Below are positions 26,699 through 35,460 of a stretch of DNA of 43,646 nucleotides, piece after piece (within the stretch, counting starts at the first letter, position 1; the number at the start of each line of letters is the position of its first letter). A program made the translations under genes and the position numbers. A model generated the notes under the pieces. The model searched no databases, was not told the origin of the DNA, and saw only the letters and a program-made list of their open reading frames with translations. This DNA is from an uncultured Candidatus Saccharibacteria bacterium (GTDB lineage: Bacteria; Patescibacteriota; WWE3; UBA101185; UBA10185): assembly GCA_964574405.1 (NCBI GenBank), contig CAZNNN010000003.1, positions 11,035 to 54,680 of the forward strand. Direction: 5' to 3'.

Positions 26699-28183
26699 GT
26701 GAAAGCTAGTAACGGTAAGTTAAAAATATTGTTAGTGGCCGTGGAGTCATCGCCTTACGCAAGGGTGGGCGGTGTAGCATCTGTGGTTAGGTCTTTAGCC
26801 ACTTCTCTAAACAGTCTTGGGCATGACGCTAGAATACTTATCCCCAAATTTGGTTTCATCGACGAGAACTTATATAAAACGCAACTCGTTTTAGAGGGTC
26901 TAAAAGTGCCTACCAACGACCCCGCCAACCCCCATTTAGTTTGTAATGTTAAACAACATGAAAAGGACGGTATCATCACTTACTTCCTGGAGAACATGGA
27001 GTATTTTGAATTGCGAGCCAATGTTTACGGCTATACCGACGATCCTATTAGATGGGCTTTATTAAATAGGGGTGCGCTTGAGTTTGTTTTAAAAGGCGAC
27101 TTTCTACCAGATGTTATTCATTGTAACGATTGGCAGGGGGGCTTATTGCCAAACTACTTGCGTACGGAGTATAGAAATAATCCTCAACTTTCCAAAATCG
27201 CTACTGTTTATACAATTCATAATTTAAAATTTCAGGGCATGTTTGACCATAAAAATGTTTCGGAAATGGATTTTGACGATGGATGGTCTCCCGTTGCATC
27301 TTTCTTTGACCCCAGATTGTTAAAGCAAAACTTTATGAGAAGGGGAATCATCCACGCCGATATAGTAAGTACTGTGTCAAAAAGTTATGCTAAAGAGATA
27401 ACTACTCCGGAATATGGTGAGGGTTTGGATAAACTAATTACCGAGCTCAGGGAAAAAGTATTTGGAGTAGTAAATGGCATAGATTATCAGGAGATGGATT
27501 CATCAAAAGATACTTTGCTGGAAAAAAATTATGATATAAATTCCACACACCTAAGGGCATTTAATAAAGAGTCTCTGCAAAAGGAGTTTGACCTGGAGGT
27601 AAGCCGAGACATCCCAGTTTTTGGTTTTGTGGGGCGTTTGGATTCTCAAAAAGGCGTAGATCTTTTAGTATCGGTTTTAGAAAAAGTCCTCAAAAGATAC
27701 AATTTACAATTTGTTCAGGTGGGGGGTGGAGATGGTTGGTTAGTGGAGCTTTTGCAAAACCTTAAAAAATCGTTCCCCGATAAAGTTGGCGTTTACCCGT
27801 ACCCAAATTTTACTCTTCCACGACTTATTTTTGGGGGAAGCGATGTAGTTTTATATCCTTCCAGATTTGAGCCGTGTGGGGTGGTTCAACTAGAAGCTAT
27901 GCGTTACGGAGCTATTCCCTTAGTTAGGAGTGTTGGGGGATTAAAGGATACTGTTATGGAGTTTGACGCCATAACTCAAAAGGGAACTGGTTTTGTTTTT
28001 GATGACTTTGACGAATTTGCCCTGTATGGGGAAATTATTAGGGTCTTAGAGGTTTTTAAGAACAAACAGCTATGGAAAAAACTTCAGTTTAATGCTATGC
28101 GAGCCGATTTTAGCTGGGGATATAGTGCCAAAGAGTATGAAAAACTCTACATGCGCGCCCTAGAGGTTAGAGGTAAACATTAG
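26699..28183 (+). CDS. glgA: Glycogen/starch synthase (GT5), copy 1
   Basis: The N-terminus ILLVAVESSPYARVGGVASVV is a K-x-GGL variant with R. Also HCNDWQGG, TIHNLKFQG, C-terminal SRFEPCGVVQLEAMRYGAIP. GTG start. Confidence 0.85.
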   Translation: MKASNGKLKILLVAVESSPYARVGGVASVVRSLATSLNSLGHDARILIPKFGFIDENLYKTQLVLEGLKVPTNDPANPHLVCNVKQHEKDGIITYFLENMEYFELRANVYGYTDDPIRWALLNRGALEFVLKGDFLPDVIHCNDWQGGLLPNYLRTEYRNNPQLSKIATVYTIHNLKFQGMFDHKNVSEMDFDDGWSPVASFFDPRLLKQNFMRRGIIHADIVSTVSKSYAKEITTPEYGEGLDKLITELREKVFGVVNGIDYQEMDSSKDTLLEKNYDINSTHLRAFNKESLQKEFDLEVSRDIPVFGFVGRLDSQKGVDLLVSVLEKVLKRYNLQFVQVGGGDGWLVELLQNLKKSFPDKVGVYPYPNFTLPRLIFGGSDVVLYPSRFEPCGVVQLEAMRYGAIPLVRSVGGLKDTVMEFDAITQKGTGFVFDDFDEFALYGEIIRVLEVFKNKQLWKKLQFNAMRADFSWGYSAKEYEKLYMRALEVRGKH

Positions 28184-28206
28184 CGTTTTTCTTATTATAA
28201 CATCCT

Positions 28207-28235
28207 TTGACAAGATAGTCGGGTTGTAGTATAAT
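28207..28235 (+). promoter_or_regulatory. Consensus sigma70-type promoter TTGACA-17-TATAAT
   Basis: TTGACA 28207-28212, 17-nt spacer, TATAAT 28230-28235. The predicted TSS of about 28242 coincides with the base of the hairpin. Confidence 0.65.
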
Positions 28236-28242
28236 AGACCTG

Positions 28243-28331
28243 TTGCACACTCTAATCTGGAGCGGCCGCATTCTCATTCTGTGGGCAGGAGAGTGAGGAG
28301 AAACCGCTTCGGATTAGGTTGTGCAATTTTT
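28243..28331 (+). ncRNA. Candidate about 90-nt hairpin RNA (stand-alone sRNA or leader attenuator): 84-nt extended stem-loop plus U5
   Basis: Pairings read by hand: 28243-28249/28320-28326. 28252-28265/28304-28317 (14 bp, 2 G-U). 28271-28280/28290-28299 (10 bp, 2 G-U). 9-nt loop gtgggcagg, then TTTTT at 28327-28331. The G-U pairs work only on the plus strand. Confidence 0.45.
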
Positions 28332-28352
28332 ATATTCGTATACAATAGTCTT

Positions 28353-29591
28353 GTGAACCTTTGCTTATTGCTTCATTTTTATCAACCGTCCAACCAGTTT
28401 GGAGATGTTCTAAAAAAGGTTACGCAGGAGTGTTACATTCCTCTTATAAAGTCCATAAAAAATAACAAAAAAATAAAAATTACAGCAGACTTTCCATTAA
28501 GTCTTTTAGAACAACTGGACTGTTACGGCTTTGATTTTCTAATTAGAGATATTAAGGATCTAGTGGAAGCCGGTAGAATTGAACTTGCGGGAAGTGCTGC
28601 CTACCATCCCCTGCTTACAAAAATACCCCAGGATTTTGTAGATAAACAGATTATTTTAAACGAAAGTTCTTTAGCTTATTATTTTGGTGTTAACAAGGAT
28701 TTTGAGGGCGAAGAATGCTTTATGATTAAGGGTCTACGAGGCTTTTTTCCACCCGAAATGGCGATAAACAACCAAGTTTTAGAGACTTTGGGGGGTTTAG
28801 GTTACGATTGGATCTCGGTTGACGAATTCTGCTTGCCTAAAGAATCTCGCGATATTTTAGAGAATGGATTTATATATAGCCTTGGCAGTAAAACTCCTAA
28901 ACTGATAGTGAGAAGCCGAAGGCTCACTAACCTCATTTCTTTTAAACGAGATTTAGATAGGTCAGCCATTGTTACAGAAATTCTTAAAGGTTCGGCTGAT
29001 AAAATGGTTGCTTTAGATGCGGAAACTTTTGGTCATCATTACAAAGACGGGATTTATCTTTTTGAGTCCATAATTTCAGATATTTTTGAGAAAGGGGCTG
29101 AAGTTTCTACCATTACGGAAGCTATTCAAGGAGTTGAAGCCGTTAGTATTACACATTTAAACGAGACTACATGGAGTTCTACCGAGGCAGAGGTTTATCC
29201 TCTGTGGGAAAACAAAGCAAGTAAAGTTAACACTGCGTTGTGGTTTTTACAAAATGAAGTGCATACCGAGTTTGCCAGTAAATATCCGCTAGAAGCTCCG
29301 GAGTCTGCTAGTTCTCAAAACGGGGGAGTGCCGGTTTGGAAGCGTAGATACAGCGCAACTCCTCCCTTGTTAGACAATAGAACGCGTGTTGAGCTTGATA
29401 TGCTAAAGTTGCAACAAAGTGATCAATTTTGGTGGTCAACAGACGCAGATATGATGGGCAAGAAAAACTTTAGCAGGTATATGATTGACTCGGTTTTAGA
29501 TTACTATGTAGAGGCGGTAACGGCGCTAGGGTCTAACAAAGTACTGTTTGACAAAATTGACGAGATTAGAAATTTAATTAAGGACCAGTGA
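28353..29591 (+). CDS. Glycoside hydrolase family 57 protein (branching-enzyme-like), copy 1
   Basis: N-terminus LLLHFYQPSNQ, nucleophile region ALDAETFGHH. Start set at GTG 28353 because the track's 28281 extension lies inside the hairpin. TACAAT at 28341-28346 sits 6 nt upstream. Confidence 0.78.
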   Translation: MNLCLLLHFYQPSNQFGDVLKKVTQECYIPLIKSIKNNKKIKITADFPLSLLEQLDCYGFDFLIRDIKDLVEAGRIELAGSAAYHPLLTKIPQDFVDKQIILNESSLAYYFGVNKDFEGEECFMIKGLRGFFPPEMAINNQVLETLGGLGYDWISVDEFCLPKESRDILENGFIYSLGSKTPKLIVRSRRLTNLISFKRDLDRSAIVTEILKGSADKMVALDAETFGHHYKDGIYLFESIISDIFEKGAEVSTITEAIQGVEAVSITHLNETTWSSTEAEVYPLWENKASKVNTALWFLQNEVHTEFASKYPLEAPESASSQNGGVPVWKRRYSATPPLLDNRTRVELDMLKLQQSDQFWWSTDADMMGKKNFSRYMIDSVLDYYVEAVTALGSNKVLFDKIDEIRNLIKDQ

Positions 29592-29594
29592 GTT

Positions 29595-31067
29595 ATGAAA
29601 TGGGCAAATTTTTTACATTTTTATCAACCATACAATCAGCAGAAAGATATTTTAGAGGCGGTGGTAAATCAGTGCTATCTACCTCTTCTAAAAGGACTAC
29701 TAGCAAACAAGAATGCACGCTTAACCGTAAATGTATCCGGAGGTTTGTTGGAGGCATTGGATTGTAATGGCTTTGTTGATGTGGTTGCACTTTTTAAGGA
29801 TATTTACCAAAGTGGCAAAGTGGAATTTACCTCCACTGCCTGTTACCACGCCTTTTTGCCGTTACTGCCAAAGGATGAAATTATACAGCAAATAGAGTTA
29901 AACAATGTTGTGTTAAAAAAATATCTTGGTGAAGATTTTTCCCCCATAGGCTTTTTCCCTCCTGAGATGGGCTACAGTTGTGGGCTGGAGAAAATCTTAG
30001 AAGATTTGGGTTTTAGCTACATGTTACTGGATGAAATTGCCAATTCTTCTACAGACGCCGGGGTTGATAGTAGTCCGTTGTGTGCGGTAAAGGGCTCTAG
30101 TCTTAAAGTAGTTTTTAGGCAAAGAACGCCCAGCAACCTTATTATGAGCGGAATAGAAAGAGACAGCACCTCTTTATGGCAGACCTTGTTAAAGTATAAC
30201 GATAGTAGTTATTTAGTTACCGCCATGGATGCGGAGACTTTTGGACATCACAGACCCGGTTTGGAAAAAGCATTTTTAGACATATTCAACAACCAGCAAA
30301 TTCAATTTGTGCGACTTACAGATATTCTCGATAAAAGCAGGAGTGTTGCGGAATTAACTGAGATAGAATTACAACCCTCCACCTGGGCCAGCAGTCGAGA
30401 GGATATTTTAAAAGGTATCCAATTTATTTCATGGAACGATCCGGAAAATATTCTACACAAATGGCAATGGGAACTTGTAAATTTAATGCTTCAGCTTTTA
30501 AACAATAAACTGCGGGCAGACGCCAACAAGGCACTGGCTTCGGATCAATTCTTTTGGGCTAGCGCCAAGCCGTGGTGGAGTGTGGAGATGATAGAATCAG
30601 GGATTCACGCGGTCTTAGAGGTGATAGAAAACATACCTCGAGTAAAAAAGGAAGAAATAGATAAAGCCCAAGATCTTTACCGAAAGATTATTTCTACCGC
30701 CTTTGAGTGGCAGAGAACCGGGAAGATTCGTGAGATGAACAGGGAAAGAAGCACCTTTCTGCGTATACCGTTTAAAGTGCGTACTTTAGAGCAAGGTGGT
30801 ACGGAAGAGGCTGTTTATCAAGCTTTTATCGATATGATGCGGATACAAGAAAAGCAGGCGCGGGAAAAAGGGGAGTATGAAAAAGCTATTTTGTGGCGTG
30901 ATGCCGTTTATAAGATTGAGACTAAGTGTGACATTTATGACGCTATTAATGCTGTCGACCTATTAAGAATAGAAATTTCTAACGAACAAGTGGAAAAGAC
31001 CTTGAATGAGTACACTGCTAGATATAGGCAAATTAGAGGTGGTCAACCTGAACAAAGGAGTAATTAA
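29595..31067 (+). CDS. Glycoside hydrolase family 57 protein (branching-enzyme-like), copy 2, with helical C-terminal extension
   Basis: N-terminus NFLHFYQPYNQ, AMDAETFGHH. Paralogous to the preceding gene. Confidence 0.8.
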   Translation: MKWANFLHFYQPYNQQKDILEAVVNQCYLPLLKGLLANKNARLTVNVSGGLLEALDCNGFVDVVALFKDIYQSGKVEFTSTACYHAFLPLLPKDEIIQQIELNNVVLKKYLGEDFSPIGFFPPEMGYSCGLEKILEDLGFSYMLLDEIANSSTDAGVDSSPLCAVKGSSLKVVFRQRTPSNLIMSGIERDSTSLWQTLLKYNDSSYLVTAMDAETFGHHRPGLEKAFLDIFNNQQIQFVRLTDILDKSRSVAELTEIELQPSTWASSREDILKGIQFISWNDPENILHKWQWELVNLMLQLLNNKLRADANKALASDQFFWASAKPWWSVEMIESGIHAVLEVIENIPRVKKEEIDKAQDLYRKIISTAFEWQRTGKIREMNRERSTFLRIPFKVRTLEQGGTEEAVYQAFIDMMRIQEKQAREKGEYEKAILWRDAVYKIETKCDIYDAINAVDLLRIEISNEQVEKTLNEYTARYRQIRGGQPEQRSN

Positions 31068-32488
31068 TGCTTAAAGTCCTAATTTGTGCATCAGAAGTAG
31101 CGCCTATTATTAAACTTGGTGGCTTGGGAGATGTTGTAGGATCGTTGCCTAAAGCTTTAGAAAAACTTGGCGTGGATGCGGATGTGGTAGTGCCTTTTGT
31201 TCCTGCCGCTAAAATTATCGGTTTAAAAGTTTATAAAAGTATGGATATGCAGGTGTTGTATGGTGGAGAAGTTCACACGATTGGTGTATACGCCACAAAA
31301 CTCCCCGGCTCTTTTGTGGATGTTTACATGTTAAAAAACGATGCAATTTTTAGTGAAGCAGGAAAAAGCGCTTTTGCTGACTCTATAGCGGAAACAAAGA
31401 TCTATTCGTTTTTTAGCAGATGTGTGGTGGAATTGATAAAGACCAAATTTAATACTTATGATGTGATCCACTGCAATGATTGGCATACTGGTCTTATAAC
31501 CCACATACTTCAAGACGAGCTTGGTGTAGAAAGACCCGCTACTATTATGACTATTCATAATCTTTCTTATCAGGGGGTAGGAGATACGCATGTACTTGAA
31601 GAAGTTGATTTAGATATTTCCAGCCACAAAACCGTTAAATGGGACATTTCTGACGGCGATGTTAATTTTTTGATGCAGGGCATTGCTTCTGCCGACTTTA
31701 TAAATACTGTTTCGCCTTCTTACGCTAAAGAATTACTAGCTCAAGAAGACAGCAGTAAGATTAGTGAAGTGCTAACCAGCAGGCACGACAGATTTATAGG
31801 GATACTTAATGGGCTTGATTACAGCTCTTACCCCAGAAAGTTTAACGGGGAAAACTATCAGGATACAAAGGCAAGTGCCAAAAAGCAGTTGGCACAGGAA
31901 TTGAGAATGGGTTTAGAGGACGCTCCAGTGTTTTCTGCTATCACCAGACTTGATCCAAATCAAAAAGGTTTAGATATTCTGCTTACAGTTTTGCCAGGTA
32001 TTGTAGAAAAAGGGGGGAAGTTTGTTTTACTTGGGTCTGGTAATAAAGAATGGGAAGAAAAATTTAAGGAGCTAGCTAAGAAACTTGGGGCAGGTAATGT
32101 GTCCATTAATACAACTTTTGATACCGAGTTAGCTGTAAGGATTTATGAGGCCAGCGACTTCTTTTTGATTCCCTCCAAGTTTGAACCCTGTGGTTTAACG
32201 CAAATGATCTCCATGTGGTATGGTGCTATTCCCGTGGTTCACGGGGTGGGTGGTTTGCGCGACACAGTAAAAGAAGGTAAAACAGGGTTTTTGTTTGGCG
32301 ATTATTCTGCCAACTCATTTAATAAGTCGCTTGATAAATGTTTTAAGATCTATCAAAGTCCCGTACATTCTGATATGATCAAAGAGTGCTTGAGGGCAGA
32401 TTTTAGTTTTGACAAAAGTGCCAAGTCGTACAAAGAGTTATATGAAAAAGCTGTCCAAATTAGGCAAGACGCTTTTACGGAGGAGTAG
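31067..32488 (+). CDS. glgA: Glycogen/starch synthase (GT5), copy 2
   Basis: IKLGGLGDVVGSLPKAL (KxGGL), HCNDWHTG, TIHNLSYQG, SKFEPCGLTQMISMWYGAIP. Confidence 0.9.
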   Translation: MLKVLICASEVAPIIKLGGLGDVVGSLPKALEKLGVDADVVVPFVPAAKIIGLKVYKSMDMQVLYGGEVHTIGVYATKLPGSFVDVYMLKNDAIFSEAGKSAFADSIAETKIYSFFSRCVVELIKTKFNTYDVIHCNDWHTGLITHILQDELGVERPATIMTIHNLSYQGVGDTHVLEEVDLDISSHKTVKWDISDGDVNFLMQGIASADFINTVSPSYAKELLAQEDSSKISEVLTSRHDRFIGILNGLDYSSYPRKFNGENYQDTKASAKKQLAQELRMGLEDAPVFSAITRLDPNQKGLDILLTVLPGIVEKGGKFVLLGSGNKEWEEKFKELAKKLGAGNVSINTTFDTELAVRIYEASDFFLIPSKFEPCGLTQMISMWYGAIPVVHGVGGLRDTVKEGKTGFLFGDYSANSFNKSLDKCFKIYQSPVHSDMIKECLRADFSFDKSAKSYKELYEKAVQIRQDAFTEE

Positions 32489-32490
32489 AT

Positions 32491-33378
32491 ATGGGGATAT
32501 TTATCTTTGATCCGTTAACCGGAGAACCAACAATAAGTGCTACTAATCGTGCCAAACGCCACAATCAGGCAACGGGTGTGGAAAATCCGCCGTGCTATTT
32601 TTGCAAAGGCAACGAGGCTTTAACTACCCAAACCCTGTATCAAGATGCTGACGACTGGAATGTGCGCGTTTTTCAAAATAAATACCCTTTAATGCCGGAT
32701 CACGAGGTAATAGTACATTCTCCTCAACACGATAAAGACATGGAAGATTTTAGTCATAGGCAGAATGTTAAGATTGTACGGGCATATTTAAACAGAGTTT
32801 CATGTTTTGGCATGCAAGACAAAGAGGTGATTATCTTTAATAACAAAGGTGGGAAGGCAGGGGCATCTATAGTACATCCCCATTCTCAAATAGTGGCCGC
32901 CAAAGGTTTTCCGGGTATTTTAGAAAAGGAAAAAGAATCAGCTTTGCACTATTTTAATGAGAAAGGTTCGTGCTATTGGTGTGACGAGTGGCGTGAGGCA
33001 GTAGCTACAAAAAGTCGAGTAGTTTACGAGTCGTCACACTTTGTACTGTTTTGTCCTAAAGCGAGTAGATGGAGTTACGAAGTTGTTTTGGTGCCAAAAA
33101 ACCATAAACCCAATTTTGGTTTCATTGACGATATGGAAATCAACGATCTAGCTAAAGTTTTACCTGGCGCACTTCTTACCTATAAGAATTGTTTTAAAAA
33201 TCCAGATAGAAATTTTTGGATTCATACTGTCCGCTACGAGCCGTACCATTGGCATATAGGTTTTATTCCTCATATTAGAGTTTTTGGGGCTTTGGAGTTA
33301 GGGGCGGGTATTTGGGTGAGCGACAAAGCAACTCCAGAAGATGCCGGCGTGGAACTTGCTAAATTTTACCCGGCTTGA
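32491..33378 (+). CDS. GalT-type (HIT superfamily) hexose-1-phosphate nucleotidyltransferase / NDP-sugar phosphorylase
   Basis: N-terminal Zn motif CYFCKGNE and active-site HPHSQI (H-x-H-x-Q) as in class I GalT. SD GGAGGAG upstream. Confidence 0.8.
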   Translation: MGIFIFDPLTGEPTISATNRAKRHNQATGVENPPCYFCKGNEALTTQTLYQDADDWNVRVFQNKYPLMPDHEVIVHSPQHDKDMEDFSHRQNVKIVRAYLNRVSCFGMQDKEVIIFNNKGGKAGASIVHPHSQIVAAKGFPGILEKEKESALHYFNEKGSCYWCDEWREAVATKSRVVYESSHFVLFCPKASRWSYEVVLVPKNHKPNFGFIDDMEINDLAKVLPGALLTYKNCFKNPDRNFWIHTVRYEPYHWHIGFIPHIRVFGALELGAGIWVSDKATPEDAGVELAKFYPA

Positions 33379-33465
33379 CAAGATTTTGTATATCTGCAAG
33401 AATGTACAGGTTGCCAAAGACAGTAAGTTCCGCCTTGGCGGATTAAATTTCTTACCGAGGTAGAT
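33375..33465 (+). promoter_or_regulatory. rplJ promoter (TTGACA-17-TGcAAGAAT) and structured L10-leader-like 5' UTR
   Basis: TTGACA 33375-33380 overlaps the galT-like stop. Extended -10 at 33395-33403. Leader hairpin gtaag..ccgcc-tt-ggcgg..cttac (33423-33455), then GAGG and ATG 33466. Confidence 0.45.
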
Positions 33466-33957
33466 ATGCCAAATACACAAAACATTAAAAAAGTTAAAGA
33501 TATTTCCCAAAAAGTGGAAAAAGCCACCTCTATTACCTTTTTTGAGTATAAAAATCTGGGCTCAAATGCCGTTAATGATTTACGCAGAAAAGTTGAGCAG
33601 GTTTCCGCAGAGATATTAGTTGCAAAAAACACGCTGGTTAAAATTGCCTTGGGTACTAAAAAAGCCGAGGATGCCGATCTAAAAGGTCAAACAGGGGTGG
33701 TATTTTCCTTTGGGGATAGTGTTGTCCCTCTTAAAGCTCTTGCTGACTTTGCCAAAAAGTTTGAGGCGGTAAAAATTAAAGGGGCGTTTATTGACGGTAT
33801 CTATTACAATAGTCAAAAAGTTGCTCAAATAAGCCAATTACCATCTAAATTAGAATTGATTGCAAAAATGTTAGCTGGATTTAAAAACCCTCTTGCCGGT
33901 TTTGCTGTTGTGTTGAGAGGGATCAGTGATGCTAAAGCTAAGGAGGTGGATAAATAA
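33466..33957 (+). CDS. rplJ: 50S ribosomal protein L10
   Basis: Typical L10 length and N-terminal region. Directly followed by rplL with an overlapping stop/start. Confidence 0.9.
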   Translation: MPNTQNIKKVKDISQKVEKATSITFFEYKNLGSNAVNDLRRKVEQVSAEILVAKNTLVKIALGTKKAEDADLKGQTGVVFSFGDSVVPLKALADFAKKFEAVKIKGAFIDGIYYNSQKVAQISQLPSKLELIAKMLAGFKNPLAGFAVVLRGISDAKAKEVDK

Positions 33958-34355
33958 TGGAATCAGAAGCAAAAGATTTGTTTGCAAATGCACAAAAAGT
34001 GATGGACATGGTTGAAAAAATGACAGTATTGGAACTTAACGATTTGGTTAAAGCCTTGGAGGAAAAGTTTGGCGTTTCTGCTAGTGCGCCGGCGGCGATA
34101 ACAGGTGGCACAACCGCAGTAGCGACTCCAACCGAGGAAAAAACAGAATTTGATGTTGTTCTTGTGGAAGCGGGGGTAAACAAAATTGCTGTTATTAAGG
34201 CGGTTAGGGAGTTAAATCAGGCTTTAGGTTTGGTGGAAGCTAAAACTTTGGTGGAAAGTACGCCTAAAGTGTTGCTAGAGGGGGCTAAAAAGGAGGCTGC
34301 GGAGGAGGCTAAGAAAAAGCTTGAAACAGCGGGAGCTAAGGTGGAGCTTAAGTAA
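33957..34355 (+). CDS. rplL: 50S ribosomal protein L7/L12
   Basis: Ala-rich hinge and the conserved C-terminal domain [10 protein letters not shown]...[33 protein letters not shown]. Confidence 0.95.
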   Translation: MESEAKDLFANAQKVMDMVEKMTVLELNDLVKALEEKFGVSASAPAAITGGTTAVATPTEEKTEFDVVLVEAGVNKIAVIKAVRELNQALGLVEAKTLVESTPKVLLEGAKKEAAEEAKKKLETAGAKVELK

Positions 34356-34582
34356 ATTAGTTGGTTAGTAAACCTACATCCCGGGATGCCGACCACCGAC
34401 CCAGACTCCCGCTAAGGAAATCGGGATCTCTGGCTGTCCGTCCTAAGGCGGACAACACTTGTTGATCCCCTGAAATATCATGTCGAGAGAATACTTCAGG
34501 ACCGGCTTAAACGAGCACCCCAGGAAATTTTTAAAGCTTCTATATTTAACCCCCTTTTTATTAACAAGTCAATGGTGTAACT

Positions 34583-35233
34583 TTAGAGTCGTAAAAAGGT
34601 TACAAACAAATTAACCACGGGGTAAATAATGACCGAAGTTGTGCCAGTAACCATTAAAAGTATTAAAATGTAAAGTCCGTAGGGGGCAAGTTGCACCCAT
34701 TGTACTGCTAGTTTTGATGGTAAGATGCCGTTTACAATTTTAAAGCCATCCAAAGGTTCTACCGGAATTAGGTTAAAAATGCCTAAAACCAAGTTGTAGA
34801 GAATTATTGGATATATAAATGTACTCGTTATGGAAACAATCGACGCTAGGGTGGTGGAAGTGTTTGAAGTAATAATTAGTCCAATTACTTTAAGGAGAAT
34901 TGTTAGAGCAGTGGCCACAGCAAAATTGCTAGCTGGTCCCGCTAGAGAAATTAACGCGGTGTCCCGGGTGGGATTTTTTAAGTTGTAGTAATCAATGGGA
35001 ACCGCTTTGCCCCAGCCAAAACCCACCAGCACAAGTGTTAAAGTGCCTAATGGGTCAAGATGTGCTAGAGGGTTTAAAGTTAGTCGTCCTAGGTTTTTAG
35101 CTGTAGCGTCGCCCAGTTTATTGGCTACATAGGCGTGAGAAAACTCATGAATGGCGATGGAAAACATAAGAGCTAGTGCCATAACCACAAAAAGCAGGGG
35201 ATTTTGGAAAAGAATGCTTGCGAGTCCGTGCAT
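34583..35233 (-). CDS. Site-2 protease family (M50) membrane metalloprotease
   Basis: HEFSHAYVA (HExxH) in TM1 and [10 protein letters not shown] in a later helix. Confidence 0.8.
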   Translation of the reverse strand: MHGLASILFQNPLLFVVMALALMFSIAIHEFSHAYVANKLGDATAKNLGRLTLNPLAHLDPLGTLTLVLVGFGWGKAVPIDYYNLKNPTRDTALISLAGPASNFAVATALTILLKVIGLIITSNTSTTLASIVSITSTFIYPIILYNLVLGIFNLIPVEPLDGFKIVNGILPSKLAVQWVQLAPYGLYILILLMVTGTTSVIIYPVVNLFVTFLRL

Positions 35234-35261
35234 TTACACATTGTACACTAGATGGTAAAAT
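35233..35261 (+). promoter_or_regulatory. secE promoter TTTACA-17-TAAAAT placed 7 nt before the ATG
   Basis: TTTACA 35233-35238, TAAAAT 35256-35261, ATG 35269. The divergent M50 gene has TACAAT (35240-35245, minus strand) 6 nt before its ATG. Confidence 0.55.
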
Positions 35262-35268
35262 TAAAGAC

Positions 35269-35454
35269 ATGAAATTGCCACTAAATTACTTAACAGAGGT
35301 TCGCGAGGAGTTTAAAAATGTGAGTTGGCCTACAAAAGACGAAACCTCCCGCTTGACTCTTTTTGTAGTAGGTGGTAGTTTGCTGGTTGGACTTTTTGTG
35401 GGTGGGGTGGATGCTGGGCTTGTTAAAGTGCTGGGAATGGTTATTTTAGGCTAA
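35269..35454 (+). CDS. secE: Preprotein translocase subunit SecE
   Basis: 61 aa with EVREEFKNVSWPTKDE and a single C-terminal TM, immediately upstream of nusG. The track's 35218 start overlaps the divergent gene and the promoter. Confidence 0.8.
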   Translation: MKLPLNYLTEVREEFKNVSWPTKDETSRLTLFVVGGSLLVGLFVGGVDAGLVKVLGMVILG

Positions 35455-35460
35455 ATTTTT

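Noticed and set aside
28281-28352. N-terminal extension (MGRRVRRNRFGLG...) of the first GH57 ORF
   Set aside because: It lies entirely within the 84-nt hairpin and U-run. The paralog at 29595 starts directly at the conserved FLHFYQP region, matching a start at GTG 28353.
34356-34582. SRP RNA, 6S RNA or an rpoB leader in the spacer after rplL
   Set aside because: GGUCCUGAAG on the minus strand superficially recalls SRP helix 8. However, the conserved GGAAGCAG strand and GNAR loop context are missing, and no rpoB follows. It is left as an unclassified structured region.
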